DNA from: Eledone cirrhosa
Lineage: Eukaryota
Length of the DNA stretch: 64,000 nt
Direction: 5' to 3'
Assembly (NCBI GenBank): GCA_964016885.1
Contig: OZ024751.1
Location: 42,718,001-42,782,000, forward strand
The notes beneath the pieces are model-generated. The model searched no databases and had not been told where the DNA came from. It was given only the letters and a program-made list of their open reading frames with translations. Shown piece by piece: positions 62,395-64,000 of this stretch; position 1 is the stretch's first letter, and each line of letters starts with the position of its first letter. Position numbers and translations under genes: made by a program.

Positions 62395-63058
62395 TTTGAC
62401 TGGTACATTATTTTATCAACCCCAGAAGGATGAAAGATGAAGTTAGGCTCGCAGGATTTGAACTCAGAACTGAGTAAGTCATAAATAAACACCACATTTT
62501 GTCGGTTACTTTACCGATACTGCCAACATTTAAATAAAAATAATGGTTTCTAATTTTGGCCAAAGCCAACAATTTTGTATGAGGGGAAGTCAATTAAATT
62601 GACCCCAATACGTTACTGCTGCTATATTTTATCGACCCCGTAAGGATGAAAGGCAAAGTTAACCTCGGTGGGATTTGAACTCTGAACGTAAAGAGCCATA
62701 ACTATATGCAGCAAAGGATGTTGTTCGACGCTCTACCGATACTGCCAACACTAAAATAAAATAATTGTTTCTACTATTGGCACAAGGCCAGCAATTACCC
62801 AGTACATTACTGGTACTATAAAATAATGATTTCTAATTTAGATTCAAGACTAGCAATAAAGTACCAGTTATGTGCTGGTGTCATTATAAACGTCGTTTAT
62901 AACGACACCAGCACATAACTGGTACTTTATTATATCAATTCCGAAAGGTTGAAAAGCATAATTGACATTAGCGCTAATCGAACAGAGAACCTAGAAGGTT
63001 GTAACAAAACACCGCAAAGCTTTTTATCTGACGCACTACCGATTCTGACAGTCCACTG
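62395..63058 (-). mobile_element. Cluster of 3-4 SINE copies and fragments, including a 76 bp hairpin at 62856-62931
   Basis: Repeated ctggtact..gatgaaag..tttgaactc..accgatactgcca; palindrome ataaagtaccagttatgtgctggtgtc..gacaccagcacataactggtactttat. Confidence 0.8.
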
Positions 63059-63120
63059 CTCTATAATAAAACAATGCAATAAGAAAGACACACATATCTA
63101 AAAAAAATATATTTTTAATA

Positions 63121-63369
63121 TTCGAGAATATTCTTGATGAAATATGGCGATTAATCCGTTGCTTGTGACATCTTTTTTTTATTTTATATATATTTTTTTA
63201 CTTTTTCATTGCCATAAGATTGCTTTTATTTACTGATGTAATGGAAAATACTGAGCAGTTTCTTGTTAATCCGTTCATCCAACGTATTATCGATCCACTT
63301 ACCTTTTAACTTGCCGAATACATCAGGGATAATGGCGGGTGGGACATACTCCAACAGCGTGGCAGGTAA
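63121..63369 (+). pseudogene. Possible decayed Bcl-2-family fragment (BH2-like motif)
   Basis: One frame reads FENILDEIWRL..*..FYFFIAIRLL..FLVNPFIQRIIDPLTF*LAEYIRDNGGWDILQQRGR*. IRDNGGWD resembles BH2 (WIxxxGGWD); there are two internal stops and no NWGR. Confidence 0.4.
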
Positions 63370-63452
63370 TGTCGAATAAGATGGAGATTCATTCATAAAC
63401 ATGTTGGCCTATTTATTTAACTTGAACATACCTCTGATTATCTATCAATCAA

Positions 63453-63505
<53 letters not shown>

Positions 63506-63596
63506 CTCTCTCTGTATCTCTCTATCTCTCTATCTATCTATCTGCCCTCGTGGCAATAAATAGAAATTTATCTATCTCTATATATATATATATACA

Positions 63597-63663
<67 letters not shown>

Positions 63664-63677
63664 TTATCTATCTATCT

Positions 63678-63940
63678 ACTGTATATAAACCTGAAGGTTG
63701 AGGAAGATAAACAGAGGGAAGACGGGAACACCTACAAAACGTGTAGAGGTTTGTTCTATCCATGGGGTGTAAATCAACCCCGCAGGAACATTCGCCCCCT
63801 AATAGGGATTTCGATTGTTTTATTTTATATATAGTTTATTGTTATTCATCATTGTTAAAGATTTTATGTAAAACCCCCGCCGTCACGTCTTGTAATGTCC
63901 CATTTTTGTACGCCCCTGTGGCAAATAAAGATATCTATCT
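63678..63940 (+). mobile_element. Putative LINE 3' end in (TATC)n
   Basis: Ends gcccctgtggcaaataaag-atatctatct; the same terminus occurs at ~56497-56520 and ~63543-63560, and the start of this copy repeats at 63971. Confidence 0.5.
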
Positions 63941-64000
63941 ACAAAAATGGCCCGAGTGATTGGGCCTTCTCTGTATATAAACCTGTAGGCTGAAGATGAG

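Overview
This is AT-rich eukaryotic intronic or intergenic DNA saturated with microsatellites. The SINE sequences and (TA)n density suggest a cephalopod (Octopus-like) genome; this is an inference from recalled repeat sequences. No intact protein-coding gene is supported, and almost all listed ORFs are microsatellite translations. The dominant structure is a set of at least 10 unrelated families of short (0.1-0.8 kb) non-coding elements inserted in (TA)n tracts. Most are asymmetric fold-back palindromes with one fixed short end and one fixed long end, and several carry minimal type I hammerhead ribozyme (HHR) motifs (CUGANGA-stem II-GAAA-short stem III-UH) whose stems show compensatory changes between copies. 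This matches non-autonomous remnants of Penelope-like retroelement terminal repeats, although no RT or GIY-YIG ORF is present. Also present: three full-length copies of a ~600 bp RTE-derived element, decayed RTE LINE fragments, many tRNA-derived SINEs (two with clear TSDs), a mariner-type MITE family, a hAT-type MITE, several minisatellites and a possible decayed Bcl-2-family fragment near 63.1-63.4 kb. Coordinates were read by eye and may be off by a few bases.
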